Assembly (NCBI RefSeq): GCF_009914755.1
Contig: NC_060929.1
DNA length: 64,000 bases
Strand: one strand, 5' to 3'
Source: the human T2T-CHM13v2.0 reference genome, Homo sapiens
The first letter of the stretch is position 1. Each line of letters opens with the position of its first letter. Positions 63,291 to 64,000 of the stretch are shown here, in pieces. A program made the position numbers and the translations under genes. The notes beneath the pieces are model-generated. The model searched no databases, was not told where the DNA came from, and saw only the letters and a list, made by a program, of their open reading frames with translations.

Positions 63291-64000
63291 TATAATATTG
63301 CATCTACCCCCTTCTCTCTATGTTAGAACCTTTCCAGGCATTTAAAAGGTGAGCAGCAAAGGCCACCCATAAATGTGCTGCTAGAGAGCACATAGGTCAC
63401 CAATCTCAGACTATTGGTCTGAGGCAGATTTTTGGAGTCTCTTATTCCCGAAGAGATCCAGGGACCTGCTTTGCAGGTGACTGAGAAGACCAAGGCCAGG
63501 AGGGAAGGCCAAAAAGCTCCAAGCAGATCACTTATCTGTATAACACTTTTCACCTTCCAGTCCTTCTTCATGGAGTTTCCCAAAGTACACACCCACAGTC
63601 CTACAAATTGGGGAAGAGCCAGAGGCAATAAATGTGTGGGAGCAGTCAGCTGAGAACTGGATGTTGAAGGATTGTACATTTTCTTGAATTACATGGGAGC
63701 AAACTGCCTCCTGAGCCTGCTGTACCCAAATTTATCAAAGCACAAAGCATTTTTAAAGACCATTTAATAAACTGATTAAATGTATTTGACAACGGAGCTA
63801 GAAAGCCAGTCAATTCATGTCTTCATCACTCCTGAGAAGTTGCCTACACGATAAAAATGGAAGTTCTCTGAATCTGTGGGTGGGAGGGCTTTCACTCTCC
63901 TAATGGAGGAGGGAAAACCAGGGCATGCTGGGAGGCCGTCCCAGCCCATCTTCCTGACATCGCTGCTTTTCCTGTACTGTGCTAAGTGCAGAGAAGGTCC

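Overview
Primate, almost certainly human, euchromatic non-coding DNA. It is CpG-depleted, has no CpG island and carries a dense fossil record of transposable elements: about 40 MIR and L2 pieces, seven Alu-family copies, old L1M and L1PA pieces, MaLR/ERV1 solo LTRs and several hAT/Tigger DNA elements, some nested and with readable target-site duplications (TSDs). I found no credible protein-coding gene, tRNA, rRNA or CRISPR. The ORF track mostly reflects chance ORFs, simple repeats and TE remnants (L1 ORF1/ORF2, Alu, MER6). Repeat subfamily names are recalled from consensus sequences and need RepeatMasker/Dfam confirmation; most repeat boundaries are approximate. I could not identify the locus by name. 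The main unexplained structures are: (1) a 27-bp near-perfect hairpin at 19576-19649 with pre-miRNA-like geometry and a UAAGUGC motif; (2) an old ~170-bp inverted duplication at 398-570 / 1361-1540; (3) three well-delimited minus-strand exon candidates (41273-41455, 34474-34550, 17807-17983) suggesting a spliced lncRNA, two of which join into a 67-codon ORF; (4) a 109-bp, 88%-identical local duplication (53126 / 54773); (5) an ERV1 LTR containing a tail-to-tail inverted Alu pair; (6) several motif-dense enhancer candidates, notably an AP-1 cluster at 57627-58386.
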